NCBI GenBank assembly: GCA_035708865.1 | Contig: DASTFF010000026.1 | Span: 46,176-110,175, forward strand | DNA length: 64,000 nt | Source: Gemmatimonadota bacterium | Lineage (GTDB): Bacteria > Gemmatimonadota > Gemmatimonadetes > JACCXV01 > JAHWKZ01 | Direction of reading: 5' to 3' | Part shown: positions 28,237 to 37,759 of the stretch, piece after piece | Numbering within the stretch: the first letter of the stretch is position 1 | Layout of the letters: every line of letters begins with the position of its first letter | The notes under the pieces: generated by a model | The model's database searches: none | Seen by the model: the letters and a program-made list of their open reading frames with translations, nothing else | Told to the model about the DNA's origin: nothing | Position numbers and translations under genes: made by a program

Positions 28237-28973
28237 ACCAGCACGCGGCCGAACCGCCGCTCACGTCCCTGGTACGCAGCGACGGCGTCCAGGAAGGCGT
28301 CGCGGTCGAAATCGGGCCACAGGACCTCGGTCACGTACAGCTCGGTATAGGCGATCTGCCACAGCAGGAAGTTCGAGATCCGGAGCTCGCCGCTGGTCCG
28401 GATGAGCAGGTCCGGGTCCGGCAGGTCGGCGGTGTAGAGGCGTTCGGCAAAGACCTCCTCGTCGATCGCGTCGGGTTCGAGCTCCCCGGCCCGAACCTCG
28501 CGGGCGATCCGCCGCACCGCTTCCAGGATCTCGCTGCGGCCGCCGTACGAGAGCGCCAGCGTCACGGTGAGCCGCTCGTTGGCCGCGGTCTCGGTGATCA
28601 GCTCATCCAGCTCCGCCCGGGAGCCGCGGGCGAGCCGCTCGATGTCGCCGATCGCCCGGACCCGGATCCCCTTTTCGATCAGGTTCGTCCGCTCGTCGCG
28701 GATGTAACGGCTCAGCAGGCCCATCAGCGCTTCGATCTCGGTCCGGGGCCGTCTCCAGTTCTCCTGCGAAAAGGCGTACAGGGTCAGGTACGGGATACCC
28801 AGTTCGGCGGTCGTCTCGATCACTTCGCGGACGGCCTTCATCCCGGCCTGATGGCCGGCGATACGCGGCCTGCCCCGGCGCTCGGCCCAGCGGCCGTTGC
28901 CATCCATGATCACCGCCACGTGGCGTGGCAGGTTTCCCTGGGCGGCGATCTCTCGAGTCCGATCGGTCATCAT
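28233..28973 (-). CDS. uppS: isoprenyl transferase (undecaprenyl-diphosphate synthase family)
   Basis: 246 aa: HVAVIMDGNGRWA, LTLYAFSQENWRRP, IRTSGELRISNFLLWQIAYTELY. Confidence 0.9.
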   Translation of the reverse strand: MMTDRTREIAAQGNLPRHVAVIMDGNGRWAERRGRPRIAGHQAGMKAVREVIETTAELGIPYLTLYAFSQENWRRPRTEIEALMGLLSRYIRDERTNLIEKGIRVRAIGDIERLARGSRAELDELITETAANERLTVTLALSYGGRSEILEAVRRIAREVRAGELEPDAIDEEVFAERLYTADLPDPDLLIRTSGELRISNFLLWQIAYTELYVTEVLWPDFDRDAFLDAVAAYQGRERRFGRVLV

Positions 28974-29029
28974 CCAATCCGTGGGAGATGCGGGGTCGGA
29001 GGGGTGGAACGCGGGACGAGCGGTCCGCG

Positions 29030-29587
29030 CTAGACCTCCATCACTTCCCGCTCTTTTCTCTCCAGCATCTCATCGATCGTCTTGATGTGCTTGTCGGTCA
29101 GGTCCTGGATCTCCTTGAGCTGACGATGCATCTCGTCTTCGCTGATCTCGCCCGCCTTCCTGGAGGCCTGGACCTTCTTGTTCGCATCGTGCCGGATGTT
29201 CCGGATCGCGATCCTTCCCTCTTCGGCGATCTTGTGGGTCACGCGGACGAGCTCCTTGCGGCGTTCCTCGGTCAGCGCCGGGATCGGGAGCCGGATCACC
29301 TTGCCGTCGCTGGAGGGGGTGAGACCGAGGTCGCTGGCCAGCAGCGCCTTCTCGATGACTCCCATTTGGCTCGGATCGAACGGCGATACGACGAGCAGCC
29401 TCGGCTCGGGGGCCGATATCGTAGCCATCTGGTTGAGCGGCATCTGCTGCCCGTATGCCTCGACCTTCACCAGGTCGAGCAGGCTCGGCGCCGCCTTGCC
29501 GGTACGCACCGTGGCCAGCTCGTGACGAATGGCCTCCACCGATTTGTCCATGTGCGCGCTGACTTCCTTCAGGTCCTTGTCTTCCAT
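29030..29587 (-). CDS. frr: ribosome recycling factor
   Basis: 185 aa: LATVRTGKAAPSLLD, IPALTEERRKELV, IRNIRHDAN. Confidence 0.95.
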   Translation of the reverse strand: MEDKDLKEVSAHMDKSVEAIRHELATVRTGKAAPSLLDLVKVEAYGQQMPLNQMATISAPEPRLLVVSPFDPSQMGVIEKALLASDLGLTPSSDGKVIRLPIPALTEERRKELVRVTHKIAEEGRIAIRNIRHDANKKVQASRKAGEISEDEMHRQLKEIQDLTDKHIKTIDEMLERKEREVMEV

Positions 29588-29629
29588 TCCCCTGCCTTCC
29601 TCCTCTGGGACCCCGCCGCTGGTCCGGAC

Positions 29630-30451
29630 TCAGCCGATCACGACCGAGCCGACCGTCTCGCCGGCGAGGATGCTGCGCACCGCGCCGTTGGCGACGATGT
29701 TGAAGATGATGATCGGCAGGTCGTTCTCCCGGCTCATCGCGACCGCCGTCGCATCCATGACCTTGAGGTCGCGGTTCAGGACTTCCTGGTGCGAGATCCG
29801 ATCGATGAAGCGGGCGTCGGGATGAGTGGTCGGGTCGGCGGAGTAGATGCCGTCCACCTTGGTGGCCTTGAGGATGACCTCGGCGCCGACCTCGATGGCG
29901 CGCAGGACCGCGGCGGTGTCGGTGCTGAAGTAGGGATTGCCGGTGCCCCCGGCGAACAGCACGACGCGCCCCTTCTCGAGATGACGGATGGCGCGCCGGC
30001 GGATGTACGGCTCGGCGATCTCGTCCATCCGGATGGCCGTCAGGAGCCGGGTGTCTACGCCCTTGCGCTCGAGCAGGTCCTGGAGACCGATCGCGTTGAT
30101 CACGGTCGCCAGCATGCCCATGTAGTCGGCCGACACGCGGTCCATGCCGTGCTCGCTGGCGACGGTGCCGCGGACGATGTTGCCGCCCCCCACCACAAGC
30201 GCCAGCTCGACGCCGCTGGACAGGATGTCGGCGATCTCGTCGGTCAGGCGATCGACGGTGGGCGGGTCGATGCCGAAGCCGCGGTCGCCGGCCAGCGCCT
30301 CCCCCGAGAGCTTCAGGAGGATCCGCCGGTACCGCAGCTCCGATCCCGCGTCCGGGCGGTCGGGCGGATTACTCGCCGCCGACCTCGAACCGGACGAACC
30401 GCCGGACGACGATGTTCTCCCCGAGTCGCTGGACCGCTTCCGTGACGACAT
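29630..30451 (-). CDS. pyrH: UMP kinase (start uncertain)
   Basis: [65 protein letters not shown]. The only canonical in-frame start is ATG 30451, 83 nt inside tsf, which adds a 38-aa S/G/R-rich extension. Confidence 0.8.
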   Translation of the reverse strand: MSSRKRSSDSGRTSSSGGSSGSRSAASNPPDRPDAGSELRYRRILLKLSGEALAGDRGFGIDPPTVDRLTDEIADILSSGVELALVVGGGNIVRGTVASEHGMDRVSADYMGMLATVINAIGLQDLLERKGVDTRLLTAIRMDEIAEPYIRRRAIRHLEKGRVVLFAGGTGNPYFSTDTAAVLRAIEVGAEVILKATKVDGIYSADPTTHPDARFIDRISHQEVLNRDLKVMDATAVAMSRENDLPIIIFNIVANGAVRSILAGETVGSVVIG

Positions 30452-30968
30452 CCGAGACCTTCCGGTCGGGGTCCTTGACGAAGGCCTGCTCGAGCAGGCA
30501 GACCTCCTGATACCACTTGTCGAGCCGGCCGGTGGCGATCTTCTCGGCGATCTCCGGCGGCTTGCCCGACTCCGCGGCCTGTTGACGGTAAATCGCGGCC
30601 TCGTGCTCGACCACCTGAGGGTCGATCTCCTCGCGCCGCACGGCCAGCGGACTGGTCGCCGCGACCTGCATGGCCAGCGTGCGCGCCAGATCACGGAAAT
30701 CATCGGTCTTGGCGACAAAGTCGGTCTCGCAGTCGAGCTCGATCAGGACGCCGATCTTTCCGCCCAGGTGGATGTAGGCTTCAACACGCCCCTCGTTCGC
30801 GACCCGCCCGGCCTTCATCGCCGCCTTGGTCTGTCCCTTGAGGCGCAGCAGGTCGATGGCGCGGTCGATGTCCCCCTCGGCCTCCTGGAGGGCGCGCTTG
30901 CATTCCATCATGCCGACCCCGGTCCGCTGACGGAGCTCCTGGACCTGGGATGCGGATACGGTGGTCAT
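30369..30968 (-). CDS. tsf: translation elongation factor Ts
   Basis: 199 aa from ATG 30968: [34 protein letters not shown] (UBA-like N-terminus), [22 protein letters not shown] overlap with the rpsB stop. Confidence 0.9.
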   Translation of the reverse strand: MTTVSASQVQELRQRTGVGMMECKRALQEAEGDIDRAIDLLRLKGQTKAAMKAGRVANEGRVEAYIHLGGKIGVLIELDCETDFVAKTDDFRDLARTLAMQVAATSPLAVRREEIDPQVVEHEAAIYRQQAAESGKPPEIAEKIATGRLDKWYQEVCLLEQAFVKDPDRKVSDVVTEAVQRLGENIVVRRFVRFEVGGE

Positions 30969-31816
30969 TCGGCTTCCTCTCCCTCCTCGGGTTCGGCCTC
31001 GGCCTCGGCGGCCTCGTCGGCTTCGACCGGCAGGCGGGCGCGGACGCGGCGGCGCGGGCGGCGGGGCATGTCCGGCGCCGCGGAGACGGCGGTCTTCTCG
31101 CCCTCCTCGCTCTCGGCCTCGTCCTTGACCAGCCGCGCCTGGGCCTCCAGGACCGCGTCGGCGATCTGACCGGCGATCAGGCGGACCGATTTGATCGCGT
31201 CGTCGTTGCCTGCGATCGGCACGGTGATCAGGTCGGGATCGGCGTTGGTGTCCACGATAGCGATCAGCGGAATCCCCAGCTTGTTCGCCTCGTTGACTGC
31301 GATCCGCTCCTTGCGGGCGTCGACCACGAAGACCGCGCCCGGCAGCTCTTCCATATCGGCGATGCCAGACAGGTTGCGATACAGCTTGTCGAACTCGCGC
31401 TCGATCTCGATGACTTCCTTCTTCGGCAGGAGTTCGAACGTGCCGTCCGTGCGCATGCGCTCGATCTCCTTCAGGCGCTTCAGATTCTTCTTGATGGTCC
31501 GGAAATTGGTGAGCGTGCCGCCCAGCCAGCGGTTGGTCACGTAGAACTGGCCGCACCGCTCCGCCTCCTCGCGCACGATGTGCGTGAGTTGGCGCTTGGT
31601 GCAGACGAACAGGACGCGCTTGCCCTGCCCGACGATATCCCTCACTACTTCCCTGGCGTGCTCGAGCTGGCGCAGGGTCTTGTTCAGGTCGATGAGATAG
31701 ATGCCGTTGCGCTCGGCGAAGATGAAGCGCCGCATCTTGGGGTTCCAGCGGCGTGTCTGGTGGCCGAAGTGCACTCCGGCTTCGAGCAGGGTGCGGAGCT
31801 GTTCGCTGACCGCCAT
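30965..31816 (-). CDS. rpsB: 30S ribosomal protein S2
   Basis: 283 aa from ATG 31816: [33 protein letters not shown], and a basic-then-acidic C-terminal tail. AAGGAGGAGG lies upstream. Confidence 0.95.
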   Translation of the reverse strand: MAVSEQLRTLLEAGVHFGHQTRRWNPKMRRFIFAERNGIYLIDLNKTLRQLEHAREVVRDIVGQGKRVLFVCTKRQLTHIVREEAERCGQFYVTNRWLGGTLTNFRTIKKNLKRLKEIERMRTDGTFELLPKKEVIEIEREFDKLYRNLSGIADMEELPGAVFVVDARKERIAVNEANKLGIPLIAIVDTNADPDLITVPIAGNDDAIKSVRLIAGQIADAVLEAQARLVKDEAESEEGEKTAVSAAPDMPRRPRRRVRARLPVEADEAAEAEAEPEEGEEAE

Positions 31817-31971
31817 GGGCGGTTCCTCCTCCTTGGGTTCAGCCTCCACCGGGTTCGACGGGGCCCCACGATCCGAAGCCGCAGGCTTGCGGCTCCGGAC
31901 ACCCGCGGACCCCTCCGCCGGTGTGTGGATTTGGCCGCCCGGCGCTCGCCGTCGGCCCAGCTCGTCGCGGC

Positions 31972-32361
31972 TCAGCGCTTCGAGAACTGGAAGCGCTTGC
32001 GGGCCTTCGGACGGCCGTACTTCTTGCGCTCGACCATGCGCGGGTCGCGGGTCAGCATCCCGGCCGCCTTGAGTGGCGTTCGCAGCTCGTCGTCGGTGAG
32101 GACGAGCGCCCGCGCCAGTCCGAGCTGGATGGCTCCGGCCTGCCCGGTGAGCCCGCCGCCCTTGACGTTCACCACGATGTCGTACTGGGCGCCGGTCTTG
32201 CTGATCTCGAGCGGCTTCTGGCAGTGCGTGACGTGGAGCGGCCGCGGGAAGTACTCGCTCAGCGGGCGACCGTTGATCGTCCACTGCCCCTTGCCCGGCC
32301 GCAGGTAGACGCGCGCGACCGAGGTCTTGCGGCGCCCGATGCCGACGGTCTGCTTGCTCAT
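31972..32361 (-). CDS. rpsI: 30S ribosomal protein S9
   Basis: 129 aa: [21 protein letters not shown], and C-terminal [22 protein letters not shown] overlap with the rplM stop. Confidence 0.95.
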   Translation of the reverse strand: MSKQTVGIGRRKTSVARVYLRPGKGQWTINGRPLSEYFPRPLHVTHCQKPLEISKTGAQYDIVVNVKGGGLTGQAGAIQLGLARALVLTDDELRTPLKAAGMLTRDPRMVERKKYGRPKARKRFQFSKR

Positions 32362-32825
32362 GACTGCGTATCCTCCTGGGTCTGGGGCGGCCAGCGGTCG
32401 AGATCGATCCGCTGCGGCTGCTGGGCCTGGTGGGGATGGTCCGGCCCCGCGTAGACCTTGAGCTTCTTGTACATGCTCCGCCCGAGCTTCCCCTTGGGCA
32501 TCATCCCCCAGACGGCCTTCTCTACCACCCGCTCGGGGTGGTCGCGGAGCACGCGCCGGATCGGCGTCGCCTTGAGCCCGCCCGGATAGCCGGTGTGGCG
32601 GTAGTAGGTCTTCTGGCTCGCCTTCTTGCCGGTCAGGTGGACCTTCTCCGCGTTGACGATCAGGACGTGATCGCCGGTGTCCAGGTACGGCGTGTAGATC
32701 GGCTTGTGCTTGCCGCGCAGGATCTGGGCGACCCGACTCGCCAGCCGGCCCAGGGTCTGGCCCTCGGCGTCGACGAGGTACCAGCGCCGCGTGATCTGAT
32801 CGGGCGTGACCGAATGCGTTCTCAT
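32358..32825 (-). CDS. rplM: 50S ribosomal protein L13
   Basis: 155 aa: [43 protein letters not shown]-like motif (MMPKGKLG). Confidence 0.95.
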   Translation of the reverse strand: MRTHSVTPDQITRRWYLVDAEGQTLGRLASRVAQILRGKHKPIYTPYLDTGDHVLIVNAEKVHLTGKKASQKTYYRHTGYPGGLKATPIRRVLRDHPERVVEKAVWGMMPKGKLGRSMYKKLKVYAGPDHPHQAQQPQRIDLDRWPPQTQEDTQS

Positions 32826-32885
32826 GCGTGTCTCCGATCGCGACCGGGTGCCACCGGCCGGAAGTCGCTTCCAGTCCAGCTTTTA

Positions 32886-32914
32886 AAGATAGAAAAGCCC
32901 GCCCGGCCCGTCAA
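32886..32914 (-). promoter_or_regulatory. sigma70-like promoter of the rplM-rpsI operon (TTGACG-N17-TATCTT)
   Basis: Minus strand reads TTGACG ggccgggcgggcttttc TATCTT, about 60 nt upstream of the rplM ATG, in an intergenic stretch with locally lower GC. Confidence 0.55.
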
Positions 32915-33017
32915 ACGAAAGGGCCGGGGGGCCTCCGACGAGAAGCACTAAAATACGATCTTCCCCCATGCCCGACAACCCGCCGGTGAGCCACCGGCCG
33001 GGGTTGGTCTCTCCCGG

Positions 33018-34076
33018 CTACCGAACCGGAGCCGCGGTCTCCCCCCGCAGCACCTGGAGCGACGACTCGTACGGCGGCTCGAGGAGCCCGGCGTCGGTGA
33101 AGAACCCGGCGATGTAGCGGTGGGGCGTGACGTCGAAGGCGGGGCTGAACACCTTGACGCCGGCCGGCGCGGTGGCGGGCCCGAAGCCGTGGGTCACCTC
33201 CTCCGGCGCGCGCTCTTCGATCGGGATCCCGGCGCCCGTCGGCGTGTCGAAGTCGAAGGTCGTGCGCGGCGCCGCCACGTAGAACGGGATGCCGTGCTCG
33301 CGCGCCAGGATCGCCACCCCATAGGTGCCGATCTTGTTGGCCGTGTCGCCGTTGGCGGCGATCCGGTCGGCGCCCACGATCACCAGGTCGATGTCACCCC
33401 TGGCCATGGTGGCCGCCGTCATGTCGTCGCAGATCAAGGTCACGTCGACGCCGCTCTCCATGAGCTCCCACGCCGTCAGCCGGCTTCCCTGGAGGAGCGG
33501 CCGTGTCTCGTCGGCGTAGACGCGGATCGCCTTTCCCTGCTCGTGCGCGACGTAGGCGCAGGCGAGGGCCGTCCCGTAGCCCGAGGTCGCCAGACCGCCG
33601 GCGTTGCAGTGGGTGAGGATCCCGGCCCGCTCCCGGATCACGCCCTGGGCGGCCTCGCCGATCTTCCGGCACATCTCGCGATCCTCCTCGAAGATCGCCA
33701 GCGCCTCCTCCTGGAGACGCTCCCAGAGGGCCGGCACCGCCATCCCGTGATGCCCCCTGGCGACCTGCCGCATCCGGTCGATCGCCCACTTGAGGTTGAC
33801 CGCCGTCGGCCGCGCCACCGCGAGCTCGTCGGCGAACGCCTCGAGCCGCTCGTGGAAGGCGTCCGGCTCGCCGTCCCGGTGCGGGACGAGCGCCGCCACC
33901 AGCCCCATCGCGGCCCCGATCCCGATCGCCGGGGCGCCGCGGATCCGGAGGCTCTGGATCGCCTCCACCATCTCCGGCACGGTCCGGATCTCGATCTCGA
34001 CCCGCTCGGCGGGAAGCCGGGTCTGGTCGATCATCCGGACGTGATCGCCCTCCCAGCGAATGGTCTCGACAGGCAT
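33018..34076 (-). CDS. mtnA: S-methyl-5-thioribose-1-phosphate isomerase
   Basis: 352 aa of the eIF-2B alpha/beta/delta-like family: IDQTRLP, RGAPAIG, THCNAG, VGADRIAANGDTANKIGTY, PFYVAAP, FDVTP. Confidence 0.85.
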   Translation of the reverse strand: MPVETIRWEGDHVRMIDQTRLPAERVEIEIRTVPEMVEAIQSLRIRGAPAIGIGAAMGLVAALVPHRDGEPDAFHERLEAFADELAVARPTAVNLKWAIDRMRQVARGHHGMAVPALWERLQEEALAIFEEDREMCRKIGEAAQGVIRERAGILTHCNAGGLATSGYGTALACAYVAHEQGKAIRVYADETRPLLQGSRLTAWELMESGVDVTLICDDMTAATMARGDIDLVIVGADRIAANGDTANKIGTYGVAILAREHGIPFYVAAPRTTFDFDTPTGAGIPIEERAPEEVTHGFGPATAPAGVKVFSPAFDVTPHRYIAGFFTDAGLLEPPYESSLQVLRGETAAPVR

Positions 34077-34096
34077 GGCGCTTTCCCGGCTCGGGT

Positions 34097-34744
34097 TCAG
34101 GGGTTCGGGACGGAACGCGGCGGGGACGCCGGGCTCACCACCTGCAGGCGTCCAGGGACCCGGTACGCCCAGCCGACCTCGCGCAGCAGCGCGAGGAGCC
34201 GGACCACCGGCAGGCCCATGACGTTAAAGTAGCAGCCGCGAACGGCTTCCACCAACGTCGCGCCGAACCCCTGGATCCCGTACGCGCCGGCCTTGTCGAG
34301 CGGCTCGCCGGTCGCCACGTACGCCTCGATCTCCTCGCTCCCGAAGGCCCGGAAACGGACCTCCGTGACCTCGGTCCCGGTCGTGCGGCCACCGTCCGGC
34401 GCCCGCACGGCTACGCCGGTATGGACGAGGTGCTCGCGGCCGGACAGCCGGGTAAGCATGGCCCGCGCCGCGGTGGGATCGGCGGGCTTCCCGAGTATGT
34501 CTCCCTCAAGCACCACGACGGTGTCGGCGGCCACGACCAGGGCGCCGGGATGGCGCACGGCGACCTCGGCCGCCTTGTCGGCGGCGACCCTCGCGGCATA
34601 GGCGTTCGGGGGCTCGCCCGGCGACCAGGCCCCCTCCTCCTCCCGTGGCGGGTCGATCTCGAAGTGGAGACCGAGACCAGCCAGGAGCTGCCGGCGGCGG
34701 GGGCTCCCCGACGCGAGCACGATCGTGGGCGCGCCCGAGGTCAC
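34097..34744 (-). CDS. maf: Maf-like nucleoside triphosphate pyrophosphatase
   Basis: 215 aa from GTG 34744, a GTGA overlap with the dtd stop: IVLASGSPRRRQLL, AADTVVVLEGDILGKP, DKAGAYGIQG. Confidence 0.8.
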   Translation of the reverse strand: MTSGAPTIVLASGSPRRRQLLAGLGLHFEIDPPREEEGAWSPGEPPNAYAARVAADKAAEVAVRHPGALVVAADTVVVLEGDILGKPADPTAARAMLTRLSGREHLVHTGVAVRAPDGGRTTGTEVTEVRFRAFGSEEIEAYVATGEPLDKAGAYGIQGFGATLVEAVRGCYFNVMGLPVVRLLALLREVGWAYRVPGRLQVVSPASPPRSVPNP

Positions 34745-35193
34745 CGGTCGATCACCAGCGTGACCGGACCGTCGTTGATCAGGGCCACCTCCATGCGGGC
34801 ACCGAAGAGCCCGGTCGCCACCCGGCCAGGCAGCTCGGCCTCGCAGGCCTCCCGGAAACGCGCGAAGAGCCGCTCGGCCTCCGCGTACGGGGCGGCCGCG
34901 GTGAAATCGGGACGGCGGCCCTTTCGCGTATCGGCGTAGAGGGTGAACTGGCTGACCAGCAGGAGCCCGCCACCGGTCTCGCGGAGCGAGCGGTCCATCG
35001 TCCCCGCCGCACCGGGGAAGATCCGCAGATCCGCGATCTTGCCGGCCATCCACGAGAGGGGTTCTTCCCCGTCACCGGCGGTGAAGCCGACCAGGGCGAG
35101 GATTCCCGGGCCGATCGCCCCTGCCGCGCGGCGGCCGGACTGCTCGACAACATGGACCGAGGACTCCTGAACGCGCTGCACGACTACCCGCAC
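34741..35193 (-). CDS. dtd: D-aminoacyl-tRNA deacylase
   Basis: 150 aa: MRVVVQRV, LLVSQFTLYADTRKGRRP, NDGPVT. Confidence 0.9.
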   Translation of the reverse strand: MRVVVQRVQESSVHVVEQSGRRAAGAIGPGILALVGFTAGDGEEPLSWMAGKIADLRIFPGAAGTMDRSLRETGGGLLLVSQFTLYADTRKGRRPDFTAAAPYAEAERLFARFREACEAELPGRVATGLFGARMEVALINDGPVTLVIDR

Positions 35194-35195
35194 GG

Positions 35196-35789
35196 CTAGG
35201 CTCTCTCATGGGTTCTGACGAGCACGAACTGATCCTTTGCCACGTGGTGGAACTCGGCGGGGCCGGTTCGAACGAACTCGGCCACCGCGCGGAGGACCGG
35301 GTAGCCGTTCTCCTCACCCCACGTCAGATCGTCCCCGGCTATGAACCCGCCGGGCTTGACCTTGGGGGCGAGCGTCCGCAGATCGAAGAGGACCGCGTCG
35401 TAGAGGTGATCGCCGTCGACGTACACCCAATCCAGACTCTCATCGGCGAACAGCTCGCTGCAGGCGCGCGAATCGGCGCGGTGGATCCTGACCCGTGGAT
35501 TCCCGCGGAAGCGGTCTCGGACGGCGTCGTAGATGCGGTCCATGCGATCCTGGCTCCCGGCCGCGCCCGTGCCATGCCACTGCTCCGACCCGGCTTCGTA
35601 GCTCCACGGATCCACGAGGTGAAGCTCGCGGGGTTGGGCGACCCGCAGGATCCTTTCGCTGAAGTCACCCTTCCACACACCGATCTCGGCACAGACTCCG
35701 TGCCTGGGCATGGTCTCGAGCAGGAGCGTCCTCCGTCGCTCACGGAGGAGCTCGCCGAGCCGGGTCTCCAATCCAAGGGGCAGCTTCAC
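35196..35789 (-). CDS. class I SAM-dependent methyltransferase (Methyltransf_24-like)
   Basis: 197 aa: CAEIGVWKGDFS, LDWVYVDGDH, VKPGGFIAGDD. Confidence 0.6.
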   Translation of the reverse strand: MKLPLGLETRLGELLRERRRTLLLETMPRHGVCAEIGVWKGDFSERILRVAQPRELHLVDPWSYEAGSEQWHGTGAAGSQDRMDRIYDAVRDRFRGNPRVRIHRADSRACSELFADESLDWVYVDGDHLYDAVLFDLRTLAPKVKPGGFIAGDDLTWGEENGYPVLRAVAEFVRTGPAEFHHVAKDQFVLVRTHERA

Positions 35790-35814
35790 GGCGGCGAAAC
35801 CCGGCCGCCCACGG

Positions 35815-37644
35815 CTATTCGACGGTCACCGATTTCGCGAGGTTCCTCGGCTTGTCGACGTCGCAGCCACGCAGGACGGCGATGTGGTAGGCCAGGAGCT
35901 GGAGCGGGACGACGTTCAGGATCGGCGTCAGCAGGTCGTCCGTCGATGGCACCTCGATGACGTGGTCGGCGACCGCGGCGACCTCGGTGTCCCCCTCGGT
36001 CACCACGGCGAGAATCCGTCCGCTGCGCGCTTTGATCTCCTCGACGTTGGAGAGCACCTTGGAGTACACGGAATCCCGGGTCGCCACCACCACGCACGGC
36101 ATGTTCTCGTCGATCAGCGCGATCGGGCCGTGCTTCATCTCGGCGGCCGGATACCCCTCGGCGTGGATGTAGCTGATCTCCTTCAGCTTGAGCGCTCCCT
36201 CGAGCGCCACCGGGAAGTTCAGCCCGCGTCCGAGATAGAGAAAGTTGTGGGCGTCCGCGTACTGCTCGGCCAGGCGGCGGATCCCGTCGCTGCGCTGGAG
36301 CGCCTCCTCCACCTTGTCCGGCAGGGTCTCCATCGCCCGCGCCAGCGCCCGGCCGCGATCGCGATCCAGGCCGCGGCGCCGCCCGAGGTACAGGGTGAGC
36401 AGGCCCAGCACGGTGAGCTGGCAGGTGAACGCCTTGGTCGAGGCGACGCCGATCTCGGGGCCGGCGTGGATGTAGACGCCGCCGTCGGACTCGCGGGCGA
36501 TCGACGAGCCCACCACGTTGACGATGCCGAGCCCGCGGGCGCCTCCGCGCCTCGCCTCCCTGAGCGCGGCCAGCGTATCCGCGGTCTCGCCCGACTGGCT
36601 GATCGCGAACAGGACGGTCCGGTCGTCCAGGATCGGATTGCGATACCGGAACTCGCTCGCATATTCGACCTCGACCGGCAGCCGCGTCGTCTCCTCGAGC
36701 ATGTGCTCCCCGACCAGGGCCGCGTGCCACGATGTCCCGCACCCGGTCAGGACGATACGAGTGAACGCCTTCCAGTCCGCATCGGTGATCTCCGACAGTC
36801 CGCCCAGGACGGCCGTCCCTTCGGCGGGGAGGAGCCGGCCGCGCATGGCGTCCCGTATCGCCTCCGGCTGCTCGAAGATCTCCTTGAGCATGAAGTGCGG
36901 ATAGCCGCCCTTCTCGATCTCCTTGAGATCCCACGAAATCTCGTCGATCGTCTTGTCCACGTGCGTGTTCTCGAGATCGCTCAGGCGGTATCCGTCACGC
37001 GACAGCTCGACCAGATCGCCGTCGTCCAGGTAAATCACCTTGCGCGTGTGGCCCACGACCGCGGCGGCGTCCGAGGCGACGAAGAGCTCGGCGTCATCGA
37101 CCCCCACCAGCAGCGGACTCCCCATGCGGGCGGCCACCAGATGGTCCGGGTGGTCGAGCGAGACGACCGCCAGCCCGTACGTCCCCTCCACGTGGCTCAG
37201 GGCGCGTCGAACGGCGTCGCCGAGATCCCCGTTCAGCTCCTCCTCGATGAGATGGGCGATGACCTCGGTGTCGGTGTCGCTGCGAAAGGTGTGGCCGCGG
37301 ACCTTCAGGGCCTGACGCAGCGGCCCGGCGTTCTCGATGATGCCGTTGTGGACGACCGCGACCCGTTCGTGGCAGCAGGTGTGGGGGTGGGCGTTGATCT
37401 GGGTCGGAGGACCATGCGTCGCCCAGCGCGTGTGGGCGATCCCGAGCGTCCCCTCCAGCGGGTTGGCCTGGACCTCGCGAGCCAGCTCCTCGATCCGTCC
37501 GGGCAGCTTGGAGATGCTCAACCCGGCGCCGTTGATGACCGCCAGGCCGGCCGAGTCGTAGCCCCGGTACTCCATCCTCCGGAGCCCCTCCATGAGGATC
37601 GGAGTAGCCTGTCGAAGCCCGACGTAGCCGATGATCCCGCACAT
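35815..37644 (-). CDS. glmS: glutamine--fructose-6-phosphate aminotransferase
   Basis: 609 aa from ATG 37644: MCGIIGYVG (N-terminal catalytic Cys), HTRWATHG, two SIS domains, and C-terminal KPRNLAKSVTVE. Confidence 0.95.
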   Translation of the reverse strand: MCGIIGYVGLRQATPILMEGLRRMEYRGYDSAGLAVINGAGLSISKLPGRIEELAREVQANPLEGTLGIAHTRWATHGPPTQINAHPHTCCHERVAVVHNGIIENAGPLRQALKVRGHTFRSDTDTEVIAHLIEEELNGDLGDAVRRALSHVEGTYGLAVVSLDHPDHLVAARMGSPLLVGVDDAELFVASDAAAVVGHTRKVIYLDDGDLVELSRDGYRLSDLENTHVDKTIDEISWDLKEIEKGGYPHFMLKEIFEQPEAIRDAMRGRLLPAEGTAVLGGLSEITDADWKAFTRIVLTGCGTSWHAALVGEHMLEETTRLPVEVEYASEFRYRNPILDDRTVLFAISQSGETADTLAALREARRGGARGLGIVNVVGSSIARESDGGVYIHAGPEIGVASTKAFTCQLTVLGLLTLYLGRRRGLDRDRGRALARAMETLPDKVEEALQRSDGIRRLAEQYADAHNFLYLGRGLNFPVALEGALKLKEISYIHAEGYPAAEMKHGPIALIDENMPCVVVATRDSVYSKVLSNVEEIKARSGRILAVVTEGDTEVAAVADHVIEVPSTDDLLTPILNVVPLQLLAYHIAVLRGCDVDKPRNLAKSVTVE

Positions 37645-37759
37645 GGCCAAGACCTTGAGTTGAGACCGATTCGGCCGGAGGGGGCCGGCGTGAGACGTGC
37701 GTGGCCGAAGTGTAGATGATCCTCCTACCTGCGGCCACGGCAGGAGGTTCCGGCAGGAC

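Noticed and set aside
30968-31130. Basic-then-acidic C-terminal tail of ribosomal protein S2 ([33 protein letters not shown]) as a possible mis-joined ORF.
   Set aside because: It is in frame with no alternative stop and ends in an ATGA overlap with tsf. Lineage-specific S2 tails are common. I treat it as a normal extension.
37645-37759. Possible glmS ribozyme upstream of glmS.
   Set aside because: The intergenic region is only 115 nt. It shows a simple hairpin after the mutase stop but none of the conserved glmS ribozyme core I can recall. The ribozyme is also mainly a Gram-positive feature.
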